NCBI GenBank assembly: GCA_031970015.1
Contig: DALYJE010000026.1
Span: 1-30,828, forward strand
Direction of reading: 5' to 3'
DNA length: 30,828 nucleotides
Source of the DNA: Coleofasciculaceae cyanobacterium CTOTU46609
GTDB lineage: Bacteria > Cyanobacteriota > Cyanobacteriia > Cyanobacteriales > Coleofasciculaceae
The position numbers and the translations under genes were made by a program. The notes under the pieces were generated by a model, which made no database searches, was not told the DNA's origin, and worked only from the letters and a program-made list of their open reading frames with translations. Shown here in pieces: positions 19,002-28,500 of the stretch (positions within the stretch are counted from its first letter, which is position 1; each line of letters opens with the position of its first letter).

Positions 19002-19874
19002 CTACAAATACTTCCTTAACAACAGCCGTAACTTTTCTTTCGTCGCCTCTGAGACCTGAGCCAGTGGTGTCAAAATGGCGTATTTTAAGGCCGAGTGCGC
19101 CTCCGAAACAGGGGGATTTTCACTCAAGCGCCGCACGGTTTCTTGAATTACTTTCTGAGCATTGGTAGCATTACGTTGCAGATTAGCAATTACCATTTCT
19201 ACCGTCACGCTGTCGTGGTCGGGATGCCAGCAGTCGTAATCTGTTACCAGTGCTAAGGTTGCATAGGCTATCTCCGCTTCCCGCGCCAGCTTTGCCTCTG
19301 GCAAATTGGTCATCCCAATCACTGTTGCGCCCCAGCTGCGGTAGAGATTAGACTCAGCTTTTGTGGAAAATGCTGGCCCTTCCATACAGACATAAGTGCC
19401 GCTGCGATGCAGGGTTACATCTGGTAATTCCAGACTGGCAACTGCATCTGCTAAAACCCCTGCCAGTTGATGGCACACCGGATCGGCAAAGGCAATATGA
19501 GCGACAATTCCTTCACCAAAGAAGGTAGAAACCCGATTTTTGGTACGGTCAATAAACTGATCCGGTACTACCATATCTAGAGGTTTAGCCTCTTCCTTCA
19601 AGGAACCCACGGCTGAGGCCGAAATCAGATACTCCACACCTAACTGCTTCATGGCATGGATATTGGCTCGAAATGGTAACTCTGAGGGTAACAGAGTGTG
19701 GTTGCGACCGTGACGGGCGAGAAACGCCACGGGCGTTCCTGCCAGCGTTCCCACAATCAAGGCATCTGACGGCGTACCAAAGGGGGTATCAACCCGCACC
19801 TCTTCCAAATCCTTGAGGTCTGCCATTTTGTACAGTCCGCTACCGCCAATAATGCCAATTTTTGCCTGAGCCAT
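19002..19874 (-). CDS. mtnP: S-methyl-5'-thioadenosine phosphorylase
   Basis: [16 protein letters not shown]-terminus and the PNP/MTAP family pattern throughout. Confidence 0.85.
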   Translation of the reverse strand: MAQAKIGIIGGSGLYKMADLKDLEEVRVDTPFGTPSDALIVGTLAGTPVAFLARHGRNHTLLPSELPFRANIHAMKQLGVEYLISASAVGSLKEEAKPLDMVVPDQFIDRTKNRVSTFFGEGIVAHIAFADPVCHQLAGVLADAVASLELPDVTLHRSGTYVCMEGPAFSTKAESNLYRSWGATVIGMTNLPEAKLAREAEIAYATLALVTDYDCWHPDHDSVTVEMVIANLQRNATNAQKVIQETVRRLSENPPVSEAHSALKYAILTPLAQVSEATKEKLRLLLRKYL

Positions 19875-19963
19875 CGTTGTTGCCTTCTGCTTTGCTGCAA
19901 TGCCAAGTTATTTTGGCATACTCCGCGTCTGAAAAGTTATTGTTTTTAGGACTTAGGCAAACG

Positions 19964-20010
19964 CCCCCCTAACCCCCCAAATCTGGGGGGAACAAGAAAT
20001 TTCTCCCCCC
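19964..20010. repeat. cluster of C6/G6 homopolymer tracts containing the hairpin CCCCCC-AAATCT-GGGGGG
   Basis: Tracts of C6, C6, G6 and C6 within 47 bp, about 90 bp upstream of the mtnP start on the other strand. Confidence 0.7.
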
Positions 20011-20308
20011 AGCTCCTCATGCGATCGCCGGATTGCCCACTCTTGAGGAGTTAGAAGTCATGGACGATAAGTCGATCGATTATCAAGACTCTGACGCGAG
20101 CCAAAGGTATCGGACGGTGGACTGTACAGATGCTGCTGATTTTCCGTCTCAAGCGGTGGGATATCCTGCCTGTGGATGGGAAGATGCGATCTCGCTATTG
20201 CCTCATGTCTGTCTCACGCTAGGAGGCATACAATAAGGTCAAGCATGCTACTAATAGGATAATAATATCTTTATTTTTCTGTTTAGAAACACCACAAAAG
20301 GAGTAAAA

Positions 20309-21871
20309 ATGCCAAAGGAAAGTCCAAACGTTAGCTTAGATGCCCTGATACCTAGAGAAGCTTTTGAAGTTCTAGGACAACAAAATCAAAACATAGGAAG
20401 AAATGTTCCTATGATATCAATTCGAGATTTAGAACAAAATTCTTTCTTCTATCCATCTTTAAGGAAGCCAGATTTCCAGCGTGAAACTAATGAGTGGGAT
20501 GCTGAGAAAATATGTGAGTTTATAGAAAGCTTTTTGGATGGAGATTTAATCCCAGCAGTTATTCTTTGGAGAAGTTCTGGTAGTGACTACTTTGTCATTG
20601 ATGGCTCACATAGACTAAGTTCTTTAATTGCTTGGATAAATGATGATTATGGTGATGGTAAAATTTCCAAAGAATTTTATGATGGAGACATCGCAGAAGA
20701 GCAGAAGAGTGCTGCTCAGATGGTAAGAAAATTGATTAATGAAAGGATAGGTTCTTACAAGCATTATCAATCTTTAACACAGCATCGAGGAGAAGTAGAC
20801 CCAAAAATTCTTGATAGAGCAAGAAACTTAGGCGCTTTAGGTATACAGCTTCAGTGGGTTGAAGGTGATGTACGCAAAGCAGAAGATTCTTTCTTCAAAA
20901 TCAACCAAAAAGCAGCGCCAATAGGTGAAACTGAGATACGTTTGTTACAAGCTCGAAATACACCTAATGGTGTTGCTACTCGTGCCATCATGAGAAGTGG
21001 TAACGGACATAAGTATTGGTCAGACTTTTCTCATGAGAAGCAAGAAAATATTGAGAAATTAGCTCAAGAAATACATCAACTCATTTTTGAACCTAAGCTG
21101 AAAAATCCTATTAAGACTTTAGACGTACCAATAGTAGGAAATTTGTCATCTTCAGAAAAACTTGAATTAATATTAGAGTTTGTCAATATAGTTAATAATA
21201 TAGAAGAAGATAATCAATTGGGAAACGATTCAACGGGAGATAAGACAGTACAACTGTTAAGAAATTGCAAAAAAGTAGCTCAAAGGATAAATAGCAAAGA
21301 CCCTTCATCTCTTGGTCTTCATCCAATAATATATTTCTATACGAGTGCTGGAAAGCCTAAAATTGGCTCATTTTATGGTGTTGTTGCCTTGATGTTAGAT
21401 TTAGAAAAAACTAAATCTTTTTCTAAGTTTATACAAATTAGAAAAGATTTTGAGTGGGTGATTTGGCAAGATGATATGGTTCCACAGATTGTCAGTAAGA
21501 GCAGTGCAGTAAAGGCGAGAGGAAAGGTTAAAGATTTTTATCGACAAATCATTGACAAATTATCTGAAGGAGTAGACAAGAAAAATGTCATGAAGGAGAT
21601 AGTTGCTGAAAAAACATTTGGTTCTTTAAAAAGAAAAACAAAAGGGAATACCAGTGAAACCGCAAGTAAAGAATTTTCACGAGAGACAAAATCAGCAGCA
21701 TTTATCAGAGATACTTTACCTGGTTCTCCACGATGTAGAATTTGTGAGGGATATCTCCCCAGTAGCTTTTGCTCTATAGACCATAAAATAAGAAAAGCAG
21801 ATGGTGGCTTAGGTACTTTAGAGAATGCCCAGTTGACTCACCCATACTGTAATACAACATTCAAAAATTGA
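20309..21871 (+). CDS. DUF262 (ParB/GmrS-like) N-terminal domain plus C-terminal HNH nuclease protein. GmrSD/SspE-like candidate defence nuclease.
   Basis: N-terminal FQRETNEW...IPAVILW...FVIDGSHRLSSL follows the DUF262 FQR/DGQQR pattern. C-terminal CRICEGY...IDHKIRKADGG...ENAQLTHPYCN follows the HNH pattern. AAAGGAG lies 7 nt before the ATG. The gene is AT-rich and I find no HIP1 site inside it. Confidence 0.75.
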   Translation: MPKESPNVSLDALIPREAFEVLGQQNQNIGRNVPMISIRDLEQNSFFYPSLRKPDFQRETNEWDAEKICEFIESFLDGDLIPAVILWRSSGSDYFVIDGSHRLSSLIAWINDDYGDGKISKEFYDGDIAEEQKSAAQMVRKLINERIGSYKHYQSLTQHRGEVDPKILDRARNLGALGIQLQWVEGDVRKAEDSFFKINQKAAPIGETEIRLLQARNTPNGVATRAIMRSGNGHKYWSDFSHEKQENIEKLAQEIHQLIFEPKLKNPIKTLDVPIVGNLSSSEKLELILEFVNIVNNIEEDNQLGNDSTGDKTVQLLRNCKKVAQRINSKDPSSLGLHPIIYFYTSAGKPKIGSFYGVVALMLDLEKTKSFSKFIQIRKDFEWVIWQDDMVPQIVSKSSAVKARGKVKDFYRQIIDKLSEGVDKKNVMKEIVAEKTFGSLKRKTKGNTSETASKEFSRETKSAAFIRDTLPGSPRCRICEGYLPSSFCSIDHKIRKADGGLGTLENAQLTHPYCNTTFKN

Positions 21872-21964
21872 ATATTCCTAGACTAGCCATAAAATTAACC
21901 CTACAATTAACTATGGCAATCGCTCGTGCGATCGCACCTCTATAGCAATTTTAAAATCAGCTTT

Positions 21965-21985
21965 CTGGTTGAAAAGCTCAACCAG
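21965..21985. other. stem-loop CTGGTTGA-AAAGC-TCAACCAG
   Basis: Perfect 8-bp inverted repeat, in tandem with the terminator hairpin that follows. Confidence 0.4.
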
Positions 21986-21994
21986 ATTCTAAAC

Positions 21995-22023
21995 AAAAAG
22001 CCTCCCATTCAGGAGGCTTTATT
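21995..22023. terminator. bidirectional intrinsic terminator AAAGCCTCC-CATTCA-GGAGGCTTT between convergent genes
   Basis: 9-bp GC-containing stem. ATTCTC follows on the plus strand and TTTTTGTTT follows on the minus strand. It sits between the plus-strand stop at 21871 and the minus-strand stop at 22050. Confidence 0.7.
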
Positions 22024-22049
22024 CTCACATTATGTATGAAGTTGTGGCA

Positions 22050-25000
22050 TCAATAACCAAACATCGCTAAACCCCCTACGCCTAACACCCCAGCGAAAGC
22101 TGCAACTGCGACGGAAGTAATCGCCGTACCAAACAACCACCAAGCTGCGGTTGCAGCGGCTTTTCGGGTTTCTTTCAGTTGCTTCTTAGCCTTATGTTTG
22201 AGTTCTTTAACTCGTTTTTGAGCTTCCTCTTGCAGGCGTTCGGCGCGGCTGAGTATGCTATCGCGCATCCCTTCAATTTGGTTGACGATCCGATTAGCAT
22301 CTGCCTGGGAGATGTCCTCGCGGGAACTCAAGATCGCTACCAAGGTATCCCGATCGAATTGACTCAGCCGATCGCGCAGCGCTTCCAATCCCGCTTCTGG
22401 ATCGTCAAACAGCTTGCGCAAGTCTCCCTTAATCCCTTCATAGTTTAGTTCGGGGCGATCGAGGGAGTTGAGGTAATTCCGGATTCTGCCAAAAATGCTG
22501 TCCATCGCAGATTGGACTTGGTGTTGGACAGCTTGCACTTGTTCGACCAACTGATGGCGAACGGAGTCGATATTATCCGCAATTCGGTTCGCGTCCTCCT
22601 CGGAAATATCCTCCCGTTGCGATAGCAGTGCCACAAGGGTATCCCGATCGAACTGCGCAAGGCGATCGCTCACACTCTTCCACCCTGCTTGGGGGTCTTT
22701 AAATAACAGTTGCAAGTCTCGCTCGATCCCTTCGGGATTGAGTTCTTCTTTGTTGGTATTCCGCAAGTACTCTTCAAATTCGGCTCGGTAATCCCGTACC
22801 GTATCTTTAGCACGACTGGCCAAGCGTCGCGGTGCTTTGATAATGCTGCGAATCGCATCCTGTACGCGATCGATAATCCGATTCACTTGCTCCTCGCTCA
22901 AGTTTTCCCGCTGACTAAGAAGTTTGACCAAGGTGTCCCGATCCACTTCCGAGAGCCGTTCGCGTAGTGCTAATGCTCCTGCTTTCGGGTCATCTAGGAG
23001 TTTTGCCAAATCCTGCTTGATGCCTTCGGGGTCGAGTTCATCCAGATTGGTGTTCCGCAAATACTCGGCAATTTGATGCGTCAGGCGATCGTACTGCTCC
23101 TTAGCCTTACCTGTTAATTCTTGGGGTGCATTCAGGATGCGATCTCGCACTTCTAAGAAGCGATCAATAACCTGATTAATCTGTTCCTCACTCAAATCGC
23201 CGCGCTGACTTAACAATTGCACCAGCGTATCGCGGTCAAATTCCGAAAGCCTTTGCTGTAAAGCTTTTAGTCCTGCTTGGGAGTCATCTAGGATAGTTTG
23301 CAAACCTCGCTTGATGCCTTCAGGATTTAGTTCTTCTTTGTCGATCTCGCCCAGGTAGGATTCTATCGTTTGCCTGAACTCTTCTGCTTTAGATTTTGCT
23401 TGGTCTTGCAGATTTTGAGCCTGTGACAAAATGCGATCGCGAGTGCTTTCCAGTCGCTCGACAATTTGATTCGCTTCCTCTTCACTCAGGTCTTGACGTG
23501 CTGCTTTAAGCATCTGCACTAAGGTGTCGCGATCGAACTGCGAGAAGCGATCGCGCAGTGCATCAATACCAGCCTCTGGGTCTTCCAGAAGTGCTTGGAA
23601 ATCGCGCTCAATACCTTCTGGATTCAGTTCTTCTTTACCCGTCCCGGCTAGATAGTTTTCAACCCTACTACGGAGGTCTTGCGATCGCTGTTGACCTTCA
23701 GACTCTTGCACCAAGTTATATACTTCCGTCCGCAGTTCTTCTAGCTGATCTGCAATCTCAGAAACGCGCTCGGAGTCGAAGTCACCCCGCTGATTCAGCA
23801 GTTGTACGAAGTAGTCTCGATTCAGTTGCTCTAGCTGCTGGCGAACGATGCCTGAAGCTGCTTCCACGTCATAGATAACGTCTCTAAATTCCTGTTTAAT
23901 CGTCTCTCGATTCAGGTGCCAAGGTTTGGAATTGAGCAGGTAGTTTTCAACATCTGCCTTAATTGTGTTGAAGGGTTGATGCAGTATCTGATCAGCAACC
24001 TGAGTGGAAAGGGTTTTAGCTTGCTCGGTTGCTTTATCTTTGAACTGTTGCAACTGGCTAGAAATTTTTTCCACATCTAGATCGGAGAGATCTGTCCGCG
24101 TCAGTACTCTACCCACTAGAGCGCTAATACCCAGTTGCAAGGCTTGTTCCCCGAAGCCACCATTGCCATTACCGCCATCGGATTTGCTCGAGCCAACTCC
24201 AACTAGTTGTCCGAGCCTATCGCTAAGCCGATCGGAGGTTAGCTCTTCTGGACTGGCAGACTCAAGGAAATTGAGCAGTTTTGCCTGCGGATTAATCTGT
24301 TGTTGATGACCCAATACTTGCTGCCAAGCAGCTTCTAGTTGGTCTGCAATCCGATTAACGTCTTGTTTGGATAGATCTGTACGACTGCTAATTAAATCAA
24401 CGAACGTCTGACGGTTCACGTTTTGCAGAATGTCACTATCAGCAATAGACCTCAACTCCGAACCAATGAGCAAATTTTCAAAATCCTTGCGAATTTGTTT
24501 GAGGTCTAACTTGGGTATTTGCAGATCGGCGACGTAGTCTTGTAACGTCTCCCGGACGCGAGTCGGGTTAACCGCACCCCTCAATTCGCGGCGAACAGCA
24601 GCTACAGATGCATCGACCGTATTGACAATCTGAGCGTTTGCCGCTCTGCCACCTAGAGCTGTAGCTACTACAGCCATGACTCCTTGCCAGCTTGAACCAG
24701 CTGTACTAGCAACGGAACCTACAATAGAACCAATCCCCCTCGAACTAACCCACAGTAGCAGCAAGAAGTATGCTGACCAGATCACAACGCCTGTAATGCC
24801 TCCCAGAATCAGGCTGTTAATTAAGGTCAGTTTCACGGCCAGAAAACACGCCATGAATAAGGCAATGTTGACGGTAACTAAAGCCCATGCCCCTACCTTG
24901 GATTCAACTACGCTAATCTTACCACCCCAGGTTTCGGCCTCCTCAGCCTCTAAGGGATTCTCCCCGGCTGAAATGCCTGCGGCGAGCGTGAAATTGGTTA

Positions 25001-25190
25001 ACAAAAATTGGAAAGCAAACGCCATGAGTACCCCAGCAATCAAGGCGATAAAAAATTGCGATCCCGAAAAGACCAGTGCCCCCTGTTCTGGAGTATTAAT
25101 GACTCCAGACGCGGTCGGATCTGATGGCATTTGGGCAAGCCAGAGTGGTGCGTTGCACAACCCTAGCAACATTCCCACACTTTGAAACAT
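22050..25190 (-). CDS. large membrane-anchored repeat protein. An N-terminal polytopic TM region is followed by about seven helical repeats of roughly 100 aa and a C-terminal TM helix.
   Basis: Hydrophobic stretches at the N-terminus (about four) and the C-terminus. The recurring unit is EELNPEGI..D...LL.DP.AG..ALR.RLS.FDRDTLV.LLSQR.DLSEE..N.I.DR. No family recognised. Confidence 0.7.
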   Translation of the reverse strand: MFQSVGMLLGLCNAPLWLAQMPSDPTASGVINTPEQGALVFSGSQFFIALIAGVLMAFAFQFLLTNFTLAAGISAGENPLEAEEAETWGGKISVVESKVGAWALVTVNIALFMACFLAVKLTLINSLILGGITGVVIWSAYFLLLLWVSSRGIGSIVGSVASTAGSSWQGVMAVVATALGGRAANAQIVNTVDASVAAVRRELRGAVNPTRVRETLQDYVADLQIPKLDLKQIRKDFENLLIGSELRSIADSDILQNVNRQTFVDLISSRTDLSKQDVNRIADQLEAAWQQVLGHQQQINPQAKLLNFLESASPEELTSDRLSDRLGQLVGVGSSKSDGGNGNGGFGEQALQLGISALVGRVLTRTDLSDLDVEKISSQLQQFKDKATEQAKTLSTQVADQILHQPFNTIKADVENYLLNSKPWHLNRETIKQEFRDVIYDVEAASGIVRQQLEQLNRDYFVQLLNQRGDFDSERVSEIADQLEELRTEVYNLVQESEGQQRSQDLRSRVENYLAGTGKEELNPEGIERDFQALLEDPEAGIDALRDRFSQFDRDTLVQMLKAARQDLSEEEANQIVERLESTRDRILSQAQNLQDQAKSKAEEFRQTIESYLGEIDKEELNPEGIKRGLQTILDDSQAGLKALQQRLSEFDRDTLVQLLSQRGDLSEEQINQVIDRFLEVRDRILNAPQELTGKAKEQYDRLTHQIAEYLRNTNLDELDPEGIKQDLAKLLDDPKAGALALRERLSEVDRDTLVKLLSQRENLSEEQVNRIIDRVQDAIRSIIKAPRRLASRAKDTVRDYRAEFEEYLRNTNKEELNPEGIERDLQLLFKDPQAGWKSVSDRLAQFDRDTLVALLSQREDISEEDANRIADNIDSVRHQLVEQVQAVQHQVQSAMDSIFGRIRNYLNSLDRPELNYEGIKGDLRKLFDDPEAGLEALRDRLSQFDRDTLVAILSSREDISQADANRIVNQIEGMRDSILSRAERLQEEAQKRVKELKHKAKKQLKETRKAAATAAWWLFGTAITSVAVAAFAGVLGVGGLAMFGY

Positions 25191-25513
25191 AGTTTTTTCC
25201 TCTTTAAAGCTTGAGCAGGCGCAAAGTTAGCGTTATCCTCACCTTTCCCTCTTCTTGTAACGCCACAACACGCCTAACTTAATGTTTATCGCTAAAAACT
25301 GAACCTAACTCCCTCTAAGGTTTGAAAAGTGCCAGGACTTTTTGATATTTTATCTAACGTTGTTAAAAAAGTCTCCTTTATACCTTTAGGTGTACCCATA
25401 TCTACTACTTTTGACGTAAAGCTTGCTATCCCAGCTTTCTTCTCTGGGAGGCTTCTAACTTGAAAGTCGGGAATCGGGAGTGGGAAATATTACTTTCATA
25501 TCCTGAGATGCGT

Positions 25514-28500
25514 TTACTCAGGGCTAGCCGTCAAGTCAATAATTTCTTCAAACTGGAAGTTATTAACTAAATCCTTAAGCGCTTCGATGAGGGAAGCGTA
25601 CTCTTGAGGAATTTGCGCAACCAAGCCTAAAACTAGCTCGTCGTTACATGCCATGGCGGCATTGTGTAGTTGTACGACCCACTGGGTTGGTAGTTGAGCA
25701 AAGTAACGTTTAATTTCAGCCGATGTCATCATCTCTGGAGTATTTTGGCTAGCGCTTTGGGTGTTGATGGTTTGCTCTTCCCAAACGTAGATGGCCCCTA
25801 GGTGTTGGCTCACTTTTTCTAGTAATACTTCCTCTCGAAATGGCTTGCCCACAAAATCATCACAGCCTGCTGACAAAATCATCTGTCGCTGATCCTCAAA
25901 CGTGCTGGCTGTCAGGGCAATAATTTTAGTTTTGGGGCGCGGTAATTGGTGATAGGTAATTGTTGCTAGGGAAGCTTGTCCTGTAACGTGAGAATTTTGA
26001 GTTGGGAATTCCTCATCCCTCACTCTTTCCTGCTCCCTCGCTTTAATATAACGGGTGGCTTCATACCCATCCATGACTGGCATTCGCATATCCATGAAGA
26101 TGAGGTGGGGTTGCCAAGTTGCCCACAACGCGATCGCTTCTCGTCCATTTTCTGCCTCTCGCACCAGAAAACCGATGGATGTGAATAGCGCGACTACTAC
26201 TAGACGGCTCTCAAAGCGATCGTCAACTACTAAGATGCGATAGTCAGGTTGGTTTGGTGCTAAACCAGTTACTTGACATTTGGTTGGCGTTGTCTCAACA
26301 TTAATGGCCTCAGTTAGCGCTACCTGGATATTAAAGGTAAAAATACTGCCCTTACCTAGGATACTGCTAATGCTGATATCTCCTCCCATGAGCTGAACGA
26401 ATTTGCGGCTAATTGGTAAGCCTAATCCAGTCCCTTGCTGAGATTTTCGGCCTGTTTCTGTTTGCCCGAAAGGTTCAAATAATAGGTCAATTTCAGTAGG
26501 AGCAATGCCGGAGCCTGTGTCTTCTATTTCAAATATAATGGTTGTTTGTTGTTGGTTGTTGGTTGTTGGTTGTTGGTTGTTTTTGGGAAGTTTTGCTCTT
26601 AAAAAGACATGTCCTTTGTTGGTAAATTTAATGGCATTTGAGAGGAGGTTAATTAAACAAGATCTTAGTTTGCCTTCATCGGTTTTTATGTAGTCGGGCA
26701 GGTTGGGAGCAATTTCAAAAATTAGCTTTAAACCCTTGGATTCCGCTCTTAAGCGAAACATTTGTTTCACAGAGTCTAACAAGTGAATTAAGCTAAAGCA
26801 ATTTTCCGACAAGGCAATTCTGCCTGCCTCGATTTTGGACATTTCTAGGACATCGTTGATTAAATCTAACAGATGCTCGCCAGCGCGATTAATAATTCCC
26901 AAGTATTGCTGATGCTTAGCAGACAGGGATGAATCGCGATTCATGATTTGAGTAAAGCCGAGGATGGCGTTGAGTGGAGTACGTAATTCGTGGCTCATAT
27001 TTGCTAAAAATTCGCTTTTAGCGCGGTTGGCGGCATCGGCGGCATAGACAGCTTGTTGCAGTGCTGTTGACTGTCTTTGGGTTTCTTCTAGCAGTTCTGC
27101 CTGTTGTAAGGCAACTCCTAGCTGATTGCCAATTTGCACAACGATATTAATTTCTGCTGTTTTCCATTGGCGGGCACCAGAATTTTGATAGGTTGCTAGT
27201 AATCCCCAAAGTTGACTGCGGCAGAAAATCGGTACGGTAACGTAGGCTCTCGCTTGAAATTGCTCTAACAGCTGAACGTAACAGCTGGGAAACTCCGCCT
27301 GATAAATGTCTGGAACGCACAGGTAATTTACACCTTGGCGGTAAGCACCGCCTTTGGTGTCTTGCAGGTAAGTGTCTCGTACTAGGTCATCAATGCTAGT
27401 TAAATTTTTTACATGACAAAGAGAGTCTTCTAGAGTATTTTCTGTAAAGGTAGCGTCATAGTGTTGCTGCCTCATGAGAGAAATCCACTTACCCCCTACC
27501 GACTCGGCAACGAACTCTCCACTCCAGTCGGGATTGAACCGATAGACGACAACGCGATCGCAATTAATCACTTGGCGCAATTCTTGGGTGGTAGCGGTGA
27601 ATATCGCTTCGATATCCAAGGTTTGGCGCATTCTTTGGATGACTTTAGCGATCGCTCTTTCCCGCTGAGCCATCTGTCGCAGGGTTTCTTCTGCCTGTTT
27701 GCGTTCGGTGATGTCCCGTCCTTCCGCAACTAGGAACATCACGTTATGACTGGAGTCCAAGACGGGTTTGACGGAAAAGTCAATGGTGGTAAAGGTGTAT
27801 CCTGCACCTCGAATATCAACTTCATAACGAACAATGCTACCTGCCGCAGCACGAGTGATCGCTTCTTGCAATTGTTGCTGTTTTGGCGACAGACGAGGCG
27901 CGTTCTTTCTGGGATACTTGCTTGTCTTTTTACGTTTTCCAGGTTCAGTCCACCATCGGGTTTCCCAAAATGGACTCCCAACTGCCTCGGATAGTTCACT
28001 CCCAGCAAAGTCAAGAGCCGTTTGATTGGCATCTAGCAGGGTGCCATCGGGTTGTAATACTGCTGTAAATTGGAAACTGGAATTAAAAATAGCGCGAAAT
28101 CGCTGTTCGCTCTCGCTGAGCGCAGCTTCGGCTTGTTTCTTGTCGCTAATATCAAAAATTACGCCATCAAGCCATAGTAGTACCCCGGTGGCATCAAAAA
28201 TGCCTCTGCCTTTTTCGTAAACCCAAGCAATGCTGCCATCGGCTCGCATCATTCGATAATCGATCAGGAAAGGTTGTCTATTGGCTACACTTTCCCAGAC
28301 TATTCTCTGAACCTGATGTCGATCGTCGGGATGGATGATACTGGCAAAGGTGCGCACTTGATTGTTAATAAAATCGTTGGGTGGATAACCGGAAATTTCT
28401 AAAATGGCCGAGCTGATGAACGCCATCGTCCAGTCAGCATCGCAAAGGCAGCGGTAAACAGCGCCAGGGATATTGGAGACTAATGTTCTAAACCGTTCTT

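Noticed and set aside
20033-20236. 67-aa ORF preceding the AT-rich islet
   Set aside because: No ribosome-binding site, no recognisable domain, and host-like composition. It is possibly a gene remnant at the insertion junction but cannot be supported.
22179-25185. Plus-strand ORFs inside the large repeat-protein gene (22179..22448, 22710..22967, 23558..23878, 24004..24306, 24676..25185)
   Set aside because: They are nested antisense to a 1046-aa ORF with coherent repeats, and have no independent support.
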